The notes under the pieces are model-generated. The model saw only the letters and a program-made list of their open reading frames with translations. It made no database searches and was not told the DNA's origin. From Flavobacteriales bacterium (lineage in GTDB: Bacteria; Bacteroidota; Bacteroidia; Flavobacteriales_F; PHOS-HE28): 64,000 bases of DNA. Positions 35,658 to 43,852 of this stretch are shown in pieces. Both the position numbers and the translations under genes were made by a program. The stretch is from assembly GCA_017987895.1 (NCBI GenBank), contig JAGNSU010000002.1:74-64073 (forward strand), written 5' to 3'. The stretch's first letter is position 1; every line of letters starts with the position of its first letter.

Positions 35658-37085
35658 ATGGCCCTTAGCCGCTTCTGGACCTTCATCCTCATCCTGAGCA
35701 TCACCTACGTTCTGGTGATGTTGGGCTTGGGCCGCCAGTACAGCCTGGGCAGTTTGGTGAACGGCAAACAAGGGGATGCTCTGGTGGTGGCGGAGAGCGA
35801 TACGCTCGCCCTGGCGGGAACGCTGTTGCTTTCTGAGATACGCGCGGCCGGTGAAGCAGGCTTGCAACGCGGCGATACGCTTTACACGCTGAACGGCACC
35901 GGCGTGGTGAAGACCAGTGTGGGCAAGCAAGGCGCCGATGGCCTCTTCCAGACCTGCCGCAACACCATCACCGACCTCTGGCTGCCGCTGATCGGCTACC
36001 TCACTTTCTTCTGCGGCCTGCTGAACCTGCTGATCGATTCGCGCGCCATGGAGAAAGTGGCCCGCTTCCTCTCCCCTGTCTTCCACCGGGTGTTCCCCGA
36101 TCTGCGCAAGGACCACCCCGCCTACGGCTTCATGACCTTGAACTTCGCAGCGAACTTTCTCGGCCTTGACAGCGCCGCCACGCCCTTCGGCCTGAAGGCC
36201 ATGGAGAGCATGCAGGAGGACAACGCGACGAAGGACCGCGCGACGAACAGCCAGATCATGTTCCTCTGCCTGCACGCGGCGGGACTTACGCTCCTGCCTA
36301 CGAGCATCATCGGATACCGTGCGGCGCAGGGCGCGGCCAACCCGGCCGACATCATGATCCCGTGCATCATCACGTCGTTCATCGGCACGCTCGCTGCGTT
36401 GTTCATGGTGGCGGCGAAGCAACGGATCAACCTTTTCAACCTGCCGGTGATGATCGGCGTGCTAGGCATAAGCGCGTTGATCGGTGGGTTGATGGCCTAT
36501 ATCGGCGCGCTGACCGGGGTGGCCAAATTCCACTTCACCGACAACTTGAGCAATGGGATGTTGCTCACCATCATCGGGCTCATCGTCGCCTACGCTTTCC
36601 TCGTGGAGAAGTACTTCACGGCAAAGGGCACGAACATGTTCGAGAGCTTCGTACACGGCGCCAAGGACGGGTTCACCACCGGCCTGCGTGTGCTGCCCTA
36701 TATGCTCGCGATGCTCGCCGCGCTCAGCATCTTCCGCAACAGCGGCTTGATGGGTCTTGTGATGGAGGGGTTCTCATTCGTGCTGGCCGCGGTGGGTGTG
36801 GACCAGGCGGTGATCGATGCGGTGCCCGTGGCTTTGATGCGCCCCTTCAGCGCCGGCGGCTCGCGCGGGTTCATGCTCGATGCCATGAAGACCTACGGTC
36901 CGGACAGCCTCACCGGGCAGCTCAGTTGCCTTTTCCAAGGTGCCGCTGAAACCACCTTCTACGTGGTCGCTCTTTACTTCGGAAGCGTGAATGTGAAGGA
37001 CAGCCGCTACACCTTGGGCATCATGCTGCTCGCCGATCTGGTCTGCGTGATCGCCGCCGTGTTCGTGTGCCGGTTGTATTTCTGA
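35658..37085 (+). CDS. nucleoside-recognition (Gate) domain membrane protein, SpmA/SpmB-like fusion
   Basis: 475-aa polytopic protein with an overall SpmA/SpmB-like pattern (WLPLIGYLTFFCGLLNLL..., FYVVALYFGSV). Confidence 0.75.
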   Translation: MALSRFWTFILILSITYVLVMLGLGRQYSLGSLVNGKQGDALVVAESDTLALAGTLLLSEIRAAGEAGLQRGDTLYTLNGTGVVKTSVGKQGADGLFQTCRNTITDLWLPLIGYLTFFCGLLNLLIDSRAMEKVARFLSPVFHRVFPDLRKDHPAYGFMTLNFAANFLGLDSAATPFGLKAMESMQEDNATKDRATNSQIMFLCLHAAGLTLLPTSIIGYRAAQGAANPADIMIPCIITSFIGTLAALFMVAAKQRINLFNLPVMIGVLGISALIGGLMAYIGALTGVAKFHFTDNLSNGMLLTIIGLIVAYAFLVEKYFTAKGTNMFESFVHGAKDGFTTGLRVLPYMLAMLAALSIFRNSGLMGLVMEGFSFVLAAVGVDQAVIDAVPVALMRPFSAGGSRGFMLDAMKTYGPDSLTGQLSCLFQGAAETTFYVVALYFGSVNVKDSRYTLGIMLLADLVCVIAAVFVCRLYF

Positions 37086-37206
37086 TCTTCCCGTTGTCGG
37101 TTGACAGTGGACAGTTGTTGGTCGGTACTGACAACTGTCAACCGACAACCGACCACTCCCCGCCCCGAATGATTTTCTTTGCGCCCCCGATCAAGAACGG
37201 TGTCAG

Positions 37207-37695
37207 ATGGCCAAGTCGGAGAAGTACGCAGAACACAAGATCGCCCGCAGGCGTTCGAAGATCCACGGCAACGGCGTTTTCGCCATCGCCCCCATCCGCA
37301 AGGGGGAGTTCATTGTGCGGTACAAAGGCAAAGTGGTCACGCATGAAGAGGCGGACAAGCAGCGCGGAGGCGATGTGGGCAGCGGGCATACTTTCCTGTT
37401 CACGCTGAACGAGACGTACCTGATCGACGCGAACCGCGGGGGCAACGTGGCGCGCTGGCTCAACTGCAGCTGCGACCCCAACTGCGTGGCTTTCGTACAC
37501 GACGATGACAGCGGGGACCCGAAAAAGGAAAAGGTGATCATCGAAGCCCTTCGCGCCATCAAGCCCGGGGAGGAACTGACCTATGACTACGGTATCGTAC
37601 TGGAAGAACGCTACACCAAGGTGCTGAAGGACATATGGGCGTGCAAATGCGGTTCGCCCAAGTGTACCGGGACGATGCTCCGGACAAAGGGCTAG
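37207..37695 (+). CDS. SET-domain protein (lysine methyltransferase-like) with a post-SET Cys cluster
   Basis: IHGNGVFA..., GHTFLFTL, RWLNCSCDPNC, ELTYDYG, CKCGSPKCTG. Confidence 0.85.
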   Translation: MAKSEKYAEHKIARRRSKIHGNGVFAIAPIRKGEFIVRYKGKVVTHEEADKQRGGDVGSGHTFLFTLNETYLIDANRGGNVARWLNCSCDPNCVAFVHDDDSGDPKKEKVIIEALRAIKPGEELTYDYGIVLEERYTKVLKDIWACKCGSPKCTGTMLRTKG

Positions 37696-37747
37696 CCGAG
37701 CCTTTGGCATGGCGCTTGCCAGCGCGGCCCAGTACTTTCACACCCCC

Positions 37748-38398
37748 ATGAGAACCCTCCTCCCATTACTCGCCGCTGGCCTGCTCCTCGTTAACACGGC
37801 CGCAGCCCAGGACGACCCCAAGAGCAAGGCCGTGCTCGACAAGCTGGTGGCCAAGAGCAAGGGCTACACCAGCTTCGAGGCCGACTTCGCCAGCCGCCTG
37901 TACAACAAGGGCAGCAAGTTGGATGTGAAGCAGGACGGCACCATGAAGGTGAAGGGGAAGAAGTTCCGCCTGCAGTTGGACAAGAACACCGTGATCAACG
38001 ACGGCGCCACCATGTGGACCTACAACAAGGAGGCCAACGAGGTGTCCATCAATGATCCCAAGGAGATGGACCAGGAGCTGGATCCAAGCAAACTTTTCAC
38101 CATGTACGAGACCGGTTTCAAGAGCCAGTTCGTATCCGAAGGCCCCGATGCTTCCGGCGCCGTGATGCAAGTGCTGAAGTTGTTCCCCATCGACCCTGCG
38201 AAGAAGCCTTACCACACCGTGGTAATGACCGTGGACAAGGCCAAATTGGAACCCAGGAGCATCCAGGTGCAATACAAGGACGGCAACGAGGTGACCTACA
38301 CCTTGAAGCGCTTCGCTCCGAACGTGGAACTGGCGGACGGCTTGTTCACCTTCGACAAGACCAAGTACCCGGGTGTGGAAGTGAACGATCTGCGCTAG
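37748..38398 (+). CDS. LolA-like outer-membrane lipoprotein carrier protein
   Basis: Start trimmed to MRTLLPLLAAGLLLVNTAAAQ. Also ...FEADF...GTMKVKGKKFRL...TMWTYNKEANEV..., typical of Bacteroidota LolA-family proteins. Confidence 0.7.
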   Translation: MRTLLPLLAAGLLLVNTAAAQDDPKSKAVLDKLVAKSKGYTSFEADFASRLYNKGSKLDVKQDGTMKVKGKKFRLQLDKNTVINDGATMWTYNKEANEVSINDPKEMDQELDPSKLFTMYETGFKSQFVSEGPDASGAVMQVLKLFPIDPAKKPYHTVVMTVDKAKLEPRSIQVQYKDGNEVTYTLKRFAPNVELADGLFTFDKTKYPGVEVNDLR

Positions 38399-38940
38399 GG
38401 ACGTTCCCCGGTCGGAGGGTCTTTCTCGAACACGCGGATCGCGTTCAGTTCGAACAAATGGCTGCGCTTCTCATGAAAGAGCCACATGCCGCTGAGGACG
38501 ATGCATACACCGGCGCCCAGCAAGATCTGGCAGCTCGTGAGGTGCGACCACCAGACCACGAGACATAGCCACCCGTTCAGCGCAGCTCCGCGCGCGATAC
38601 GGTCCCGGCTGCTACGTGCCTCGATCTCCGCCGCCAACGCGGGTGCGGCGCGCAAAATGCGAAGTTGCCGGTCAGCAGCGGCGCCGCCCTTCGCATCATG
38701 CACAAAACCGGCACTGGTGGCAGCGTGTTTGCGCAACCGCCATTTCAGCGGGTGGACCAGACGAAAGGCGACCAGGTCCATAACCATGCCCAGGACATAG
38801 ATCCCCACTACCAGAAAAGGGATCATCCACTGCTCGATCGATCTCAGATCAGACCATGAGATATCCAACAGCCCGAGCAGCCATGGCAAGGCGAGCGTTC
38901 CTGAAAAAAGATACTCGATGAGCAGCCCTGGAAGGTTCAT
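38395..38940 (-). CDS. hypothetical membrane protein
   Basis: Several hydrophobic helices. Its start overlaps the HTTM gene stop (ATGA). Confidence 0.55.
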   Translation of the reverse strand: MNLPGLLIEYLFSGTLALPWLLGLLDISWSDLRSIEQWMIPFLVVGIYVLGMVMDLVAFRLVHPLKWRLRKHAATSAGFVHDAKGGAAADRQLRILRAAPALAAEIEARSSRDRIARGAALNGWLCLVVWWSHLTSCQILLGAGVCIVLSGMWLFHEKRSHLFELNAIRVFEKDPPTGERP

Positions 38941-40397
38941 GGTCGGGACTGCTGGCGTCTTTGCGGGCGTGGAGGTGGAACGATTCTGCGGCGTTCGATC
39001 TCGAAAAGCACTTTGGGGTCCACAGCGTGCTCCGGTCCTGCTTCGGCCGGCGGCACCCAGCGCTCCGGGTGCGCAAGGTCCGGATCGATCACGGACAGGT
39101 CCTCTTCAGGGGCGAAATAGTACCGGAACGGCCGCCCATTGTGGCTGATGATGGTTTCGGACGTGATTCGCACCTGCTTGGTGCCACGCCTGTGCATCTC
39201 CTCCTTCAACCAACGCGCGAACCGTATGGTGGCCCGGGGGTCGTAGGCGGTGAGCATCGTCTGAACATTGTTGATGAAACGTGTGAGCTCCACCGGTCGC
39301 TTGATCCCCGCATCATCGTCCCGTACGAAAAAGGCGATCTGCTGCGGGTTGCGCGTGCTGATCTTCATACGCCAGCTGAACCGCTGGCCGATCGTGCTCC
39401 AATCCACATCACCGGGTAGCAGCACCCAACGCAGCGGGAAGAGCAGTTGGAAGACCAGGTAGACCGCCAGGACCGATGTGACGAGCGGCCGCCAGCGGCG
39501 TTCCTCCACTGCGGGGGTCTCTTGCTTGCGTCCACGGGCCACGTCCTTCTTGGCCCCGAAGAACCGGGCGATCTCCTCCGGATCGAAGAAGAGGATGGTG
39601 GCGGCCATCATGAAGAAGGGGAACACCCCGATATCGTCGAACAGGAAGTGGTTGGCGAGGTTGAAGAAGATCACCAAGGGCAAAGCGTACAGGCGCGTGC
39701 GCTTCCACCACAGCAGCGGGCCGATGAACAGGTCGAACAGAAAACCCCCATAAGTGAACAACCAGAGCATAGGGGTGCTGGTGAGGAGATCCTCCATGGA
39801 GTTCCCTTTGGCCGCGGCATCCAGCGCCGAGCGCATGGGCTCCATACGCCCCAGCCAATCGGCGTTCAGCTTCGCGATACCCCCATAGAAATAGACGATC
39901 ACTATTTGGGCGCGGAGGATCAGCCAGCACCAACGGGGCGCGCCCTCCACGCGCATGCGCTTTTTGAACAACAGCCGATCGATGCTCCAGGCACGGTTCG
40001 CAGGCGACAGACAAAGCAGGAAGGAGACCAGCACGAACAGGTAGAAGTGGTTGTTGAAGTTCGCCCGGTCGAGCAGGAGGATATACAAGTAGGCGACCAG
40101 GAAGTAGGCGATGGCGAAGCGGTACAAGAGGCCCGCCCCTATCATCAACGCCGCTATCCCTAGTCCGCCTAGAATGGCGTCCATCGATCCCTTTCCCAAG
40201 GGACGTATCCATTCCAACCCGTCGTAGGGGAAAAGCAGCTTGGGCCCGACCAGGCCCATATCCACCAGGTTGATGTTCAGGTAGAAGCCGATCTCGTAGA
40301 AGAACAAGGCGCCGACAACGATGCGGAACAGGGCCAACGCACGCGCGTCGGTATGGGCGTGGATGTGTTCCCACCACTGCGATGGCGATCTGCTCAT
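38937..40397 (-). CDS. HTTM-domain (vitamin K-dependent gamma-carboxylase-like) membrane protein
   Basis: N-terminal ALALFRIVVGALFFYEI..., NRAWSIDRLL, and multiple TM helices followed by a soluble C-terminal domain. Confidence 0.8.
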   Translation of the reverse strand: MSRSPSQWWEHIHAHTDARALALFRIVVGALFFYEIGFYLNINLVDMGLVGPKLLFPYDGLEWIRPLGKGSMDAILGGLGIAALMIGAGLLYRFAIAYFLVAYLYILLLDRANFNNHFYLFVLVSFLLCLSPANRAWSIDRLLFKKRMRVEGAPRWCWLILRAQIVIVYFYGGIAKLNADWLGRMEPMRSALDAAAKGNSMEDLLTSTPMLWLFTYGGFLFDLFIGPLLWWKRTRLYALPLVIFFNLANHFLFDDIGVFPFFMMAATILFFDPEEIARFFGAKKDVARGRKQETPAVEERRWRPLVTSVLAVYLVFQLLFPLRWVLLPGDVDWSTIGQRFSWRMKISTRNPQQIAFFVRDDDAGIKRPVELTRFINNVQTMLTAYDPRATIRFARWLKEEMHRRGTKQVRITSETIISHNGRPFRYYFAPEEDLSVIDPDLAHPERWVPPAEAGPEHAVDPKVLFEIERRRIVPPPRPQRRQQSRP

Positions 40398-40466
40398 ATC
40401 GGTTGTGCCAAGTGCTCACAAGATGCGCGATCCTCCTGGACCGGAACGAATAGCCACCTTTGCGCC

Positions 40467-40883
40467 GTGGAAAAAACCACTCACCTCGCCGTTTCGGCCG
40501 TTCTCGGACAAACCCCTTACCGGACGGAAGTCAGCTTGCGCGGACATACCCTGGTGGCGGACGAACCCCTTGACAAAGGCGGGCAGGATGAGGGTCCCCG
40601 CCCCCACGAACTGCTCTGTGCCTCCCTTGCGGCCTGCACGTTGATCACCGTGCGGATGTACGCGGACAGGAAAGGCTGGGCGCTGCGTTCGCTCTCCGTA
40701 GAGATGGAACTCGACCGGACCGCCCTTCAAGCCACGATCGATACGCGCATCCGCATGCACCTCCGCGCCGAAGGCGACCTGGACGACGCCCAGCGCGCAC
40801 GCCTGGTCCAGATCGCTCAGCTCTGCCCGGTCCATAAGACCTTGCAGCATCCCATCCATATCGAAACCACGCTCGCCGCATGA
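40467..40883 (+). CDS. OsmC/Ohr-family peroxiredoxin-like protein
   Basis: PHELLCASLAACT and CPVHKTL motifs. The GTG start at about 40467 is inferred; the track ORF begins at 40353. Confidence 0.75.
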   Translation: MEKTTHLAVSAVLGQTPYRTEVSLRGHTLVADEPLDKGGQDEGPRPHELLCASLAACTLITVRMYADRKGWALRSLSVEMELDRTALQATIDTRIRMHLRAEGDLDDAQRARLVQIAQLCPVHKTLQHPIHIETTLAA

Positions 40884-41302
40884 GCGACAAGGAGCACGCT
40901 TACAGCAACGGCGAGGTCAGCATCGTTTGGAAACCGGGTCTTTGCGTCCATTCCGCCAAATGCTGGCATGGCCTTCCGGAAGTTTTCAAACCCGGCGCAC
41001 GACCGTGGATCACGCCGCAAGGCATCTCCACGCAACGGATCATCGGCCAAGTGACCCAGTGTCCGAGCGGCGCTTTGAGCATTCGCAACGATGCCGGACC
41101 AGAAGGTGCGGCCATGCGCGGGGCCATCGCCGTGGAGGTGACCCCCAATGGTCCTCTCTTGGTGAAAGGCACCGTGGACATCCGGCATTCGGATGGTCGC
41201 TTGGAACGCAAGGACACCCAGTGCGCGCTGTGCCGTTGCGGTCATTCGGCGAACAAACCTTATTGCGATGGGTCGCATCGCAGAACAGGCTTCCAGGGCT
41301 GA
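40880..41302 (+). CDS. fusion of a divergent 4Fe-4S mono-cluster domain and a CDGSH iron-sulfur domain
   Basis: N-terminal VSIVWKPGLCVHSAKCWHGLP...CPSGALS. C-terminal CRCGHSANKPYCDGSH. The start overlaps the OsmC stop (ATGA). Confidence 0.8.
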   Translation: MSDKEHAYSNGEVSIVWKPGLCVHSAKCWHGLPEVFKPGARPWITPQGISTQRIIGQVTQCPSGALSIRNDAGPEGAAMRGAIAVEVTPNGPLLVKGTVDIRHSDGRLERKDTQCALCRCGHSANKPYCDGSHRRTGFQG

Positions 41303-42070
41303 ATGGACCGGCACGCCTATTTGCATCGCATCGGGCTGCGTCGGTCCCCAGCGCCCGACGTCGGAGGCCTGAAGGTGCTCCATCGCGCTCACCTGCAGAA
41401 CGTCCCTTTCGAGAATCTGCACATCCGCGCACGGATCCCCATCGAATTACAGCCGGACCGGCTCTATGATAAGATCGTGCGTCAGCGGCGGGGTGGGTTC
41501 TGTTACGAATTGAACGGTTTGTTCGCCGTGCTGCTCGAGGAGCTCGGCTTTCGTTTGGACCGCATCCAAGGGCAGGTGTACGAGGCACGTCGTCAACGCT
41601 TCGGGCCACCTTTCGATCACATGGCCTTGTTGGTGCATGTCGAGGGCCAGCGCTACCTGGCCGACGTAGGCTTCGGTGACCTCTTCCTTGAGCCTCTGCC
41701 TCTGCAACTGGGCCAGGAATTCCCCGACGGAGGAAGGACCTTTGCGCTGGACGAGGACGAGGAGGGGCATGTCGTGCTCCGACGCGCGAACGGACGCTCC
41801 GCCTCACCCATGTACCGGTTCAGCACCGCACCCCACGCCCTGGAGGATTTCGCTGGCATGTGCCGCCACCACCAAACCTCGCCCCATAGCCATTTCACCC
41901 AGCGCACCGTATGCACCATGGCCTTGCCCGAAGGGCGCGTGACACTCACGGATCAACGGACGATCATGACGCATCAAAACCGCCGGGAGGAGCACAGTAT
42001 CGATGGTGATGGATTCCGTTCCGCATTGTGGGACCATTTCGGGATGACACCGCCGGAGGCCCTGCACTAA
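41303..42070 (+). CDS. arylamine N-acetyltransferase
   Basis: YLHRIG..., VPFENL, catalytic Cys in RGGFCYELN, and DHMALLV. Confidence 0.85.
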   Translation: MDRHAYLHRIGLRRSPAPDVGGLKVLHRAHLQNVPFENLHIRARIPIELQPDRLYDKIVRQRRGGFCYELNGLFAVLLEELGFRLDRIQGQVYEARRQRFGPPFDHMALLVHVEGQRYLADVGFGDLFLEPLPLQLGQEFPDGGRTFALDEDEEGHVVLRRANGRSASPMYRFSTAPHALEDFAGMCRHHQTSPHSHFTQRTVCTMALPEGRVTLTDQRTIMTHQNRREEHSIDGDGFRSALWDHFGMTPPEALH

Positions 42071-42116
42071 GCCCACCACAGCCACGCCTACATTTGCCGC
42101 CCCACATACGGCCCCC

Positions 42117-42788
42117 ATGGAACTTGTCCAGGAATTCTGGTTCTTCATCACCCATCTGAACATCACCCTGCCCGCCTTCATCGGCGAGCACGGGAACCTG
42201 GTGTACGCGCTCTTGTTCGCCATCATCTTCATCGAGACGGGCCTCGTGATCATGCCCTTCCTTCCTGGTGATTCCCTCCTTTTCGTGGCCGGGTCCCTTG
42301 CGGCGGGCGCCAACCCTTCGCTGGACCTGGGCTTGCTCTTCGGTCTGCTGTTCCTGGCGGCCGTGCTAGGCGACAACATCAACTACTGGGTCGGGCGTTT
42401 CTTCGGCGCACGCGTGGTGAAATGGCGCACGTTCGGTCGCGACCTCGTGCAGCAAAAGCACCTGGACAAGACCCACGCCTACTTCGAGAAGTACGGCGTG
42501 AAGACGATCATCATCGCCCGTTTCGTACCCATCGTGCGGACCATCACTCCGTTCGTCGCGGGCATTGGGGCCATGAGCTACCGCCGGAAATTCCTCCCGT
42601 ACGACATTTTCGGTGGCGCCTTGTGGATCGGTCTCCTTTTGCTCGCCGGATACCTTTTCGGTACTCATCCCTTCGTACAGAAGCACTACGAAACGGTGAT
42701 ACTCGCGATCATCTTCCTGTCGGTCCTGCCCATGCTCGTGGAGATCCTGCGGCAATGGTTCGGTCCATCCACTGGCAAGGCGCAATAG
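42117..42788 (+). CDS. DedA-family membrane protein
   Basis: FIETGLVIMPFLPGDSLLF..., NINYWVGRFFG, IIIARFVPIVRTITPFVAG. Confidence 0.85.
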   Translation: MELVQEFWFFITHLNITLPAFIGEHGNLVYALLFAIIFIETGLVIMPFLPGDSLLFVAGSLAAGANPSLDLGLLFGLLFLAAVLGDNINYWVGRFFGARVVKWRTFGRDLVQQKHLDKTHAYFEKYGVKTIIIARFVPIVRTITPFVAGIGAMSYRRKFLPYDIFGGALWIGLLLLAGYLFGTHPFVQKHYETVILAIIFLSVLPMLVEILRQWFGPSTGKAQ

Positions 42789-42816
42789 ATCCCACGAGCG
42801 GCCCGTTGCTGAACCC

Positions 42817-43569
42817 GTGCAGCACTTCGGATTGATCGGCCACCCGCTCGGCCACAGCTTCAGCAAGACTTTCTTCGCGGAGAAGTTCCAGCGCGAAGGG
42901 CGCGATGACCACCGCTATGACCTCTTCGACCTGGCGGACCTGCGCGCACTGCCCCAACTTCTAAAGGAGACCCCGGGACTTCGTGGCCTCAACGTGACCA
43001 TTCCGTACAAGGAAGCCATCATCCCCTACCTGCATGAGCTGGATCCCATAGCCGCGAGCGTGGGTGCGGTGAACACCATCACCATCCGGGATGGACGACT
43101 GAAAGGGTACAACACGGACATCGATGGCTTTCGCGCGTTGATCGCGCCTTTCGTTGCGCAATGGACCGCCCGTGGCGGGGGCACACGGCCCCGGGCCTTG
43201 GTGCTTGGCACAGGTGGCGCCAGTCGCGCGGTGGCCTATGTTCTCCGTGAACTCGGCATACGCTTCCGCTTGGTGAGCCGGAGCCGTGAACGTGGCGACC
43301 TCACCTGGGCGCAAGTGGACCGGACCGTGATCGGCGTTTGCCCGCTCATCATCAATACCACACCGCTCGGCATGGTGCCCGATGTGGAGGGGGCACCACC
43401 CCTTCCCTACGAGGCGATCACGGCGCGCCACACCCTCGTCGACCTGATCTACAACCCCGAAGTGACACGCTTTCTGGAGCGGGGAAGCAACGCGGGTGCG
43501 AACGTCGCGAACGGGCATGGGATGCTCACGGTCCAGGCCGAGGCCGCGTGGGCCTTGTGGAACGCATGA
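42817..43569 (+). CDS. aroE: shikimate dehydrogenase
   Basis: FGLIGHPLGHSFSK, NVTIPYK, NTDIDGF, GTGGASRAV. Apparent GTG start. Confidence 0.9.
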   Translation: MQHFGLIGHPLGHSFSKTFFAEKFQREGRDDHRYDLFDLADLRALPQLLKETPGLRGLNVTIPYKEAIIPYLHELDPIAASVGAVNTITIRDGRLKGYNTDIDGFRALIAPFVAQWTARGGGTRPRALVLGTGGASRAVAYVLRELGIRFRLVSRSRERGDLTWAQVDRTVIGVCPLIINTTPLGMVPDVEGAPPLPYEAITARHTLVDLIYNPEVTRFLERGSNAGANVANGHGMLTVQAEAAWALWNA

Positions 43570-43581
43570 CCGCGGTCCTGT

Positions 43582-43743
43582 CTATCGCGTACAGGCCCTG
43601 ATCACCATCACGGTGACACAGAAAAGGAAGAGCAGAATGCTGATGCGGTTGATGCCGTGCATGAACCGCACACTGCTGTTCGGATCGGCTTTGCCGAAAA
43701 GGGTGCGCGGGTCCAGGTAGTAGAACACACGTTTCAGGAACAT
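43582..43743 (-). CDS. possible 53-aa membrane peptide (below the ORF-track cutoff)
   Basis: Hand translation: MFLKRVFYYLDPRTLFGKADPNSSVRFMHGINRISILLFLFCVTVMVIRACTR. It has one hydrophobic helix. Confidence 0.35.
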   Translation of the reverse strand: MFLKRVFYYLDPRTLFGKADPNSSVRFMHGINRISILLFLFCVTVMVIRACTR

Positions 43744-43852
43744 GGCGTGAAGGTAGTGGCAGCCGAAGATGCGGAGCGTTGATCGCTCTTCCGCTGCTCT
43801 TCAGCTTCTATTGCGCCTCGAGGAGCCGGTACCTTTGCGCACGTCCCCCTCA

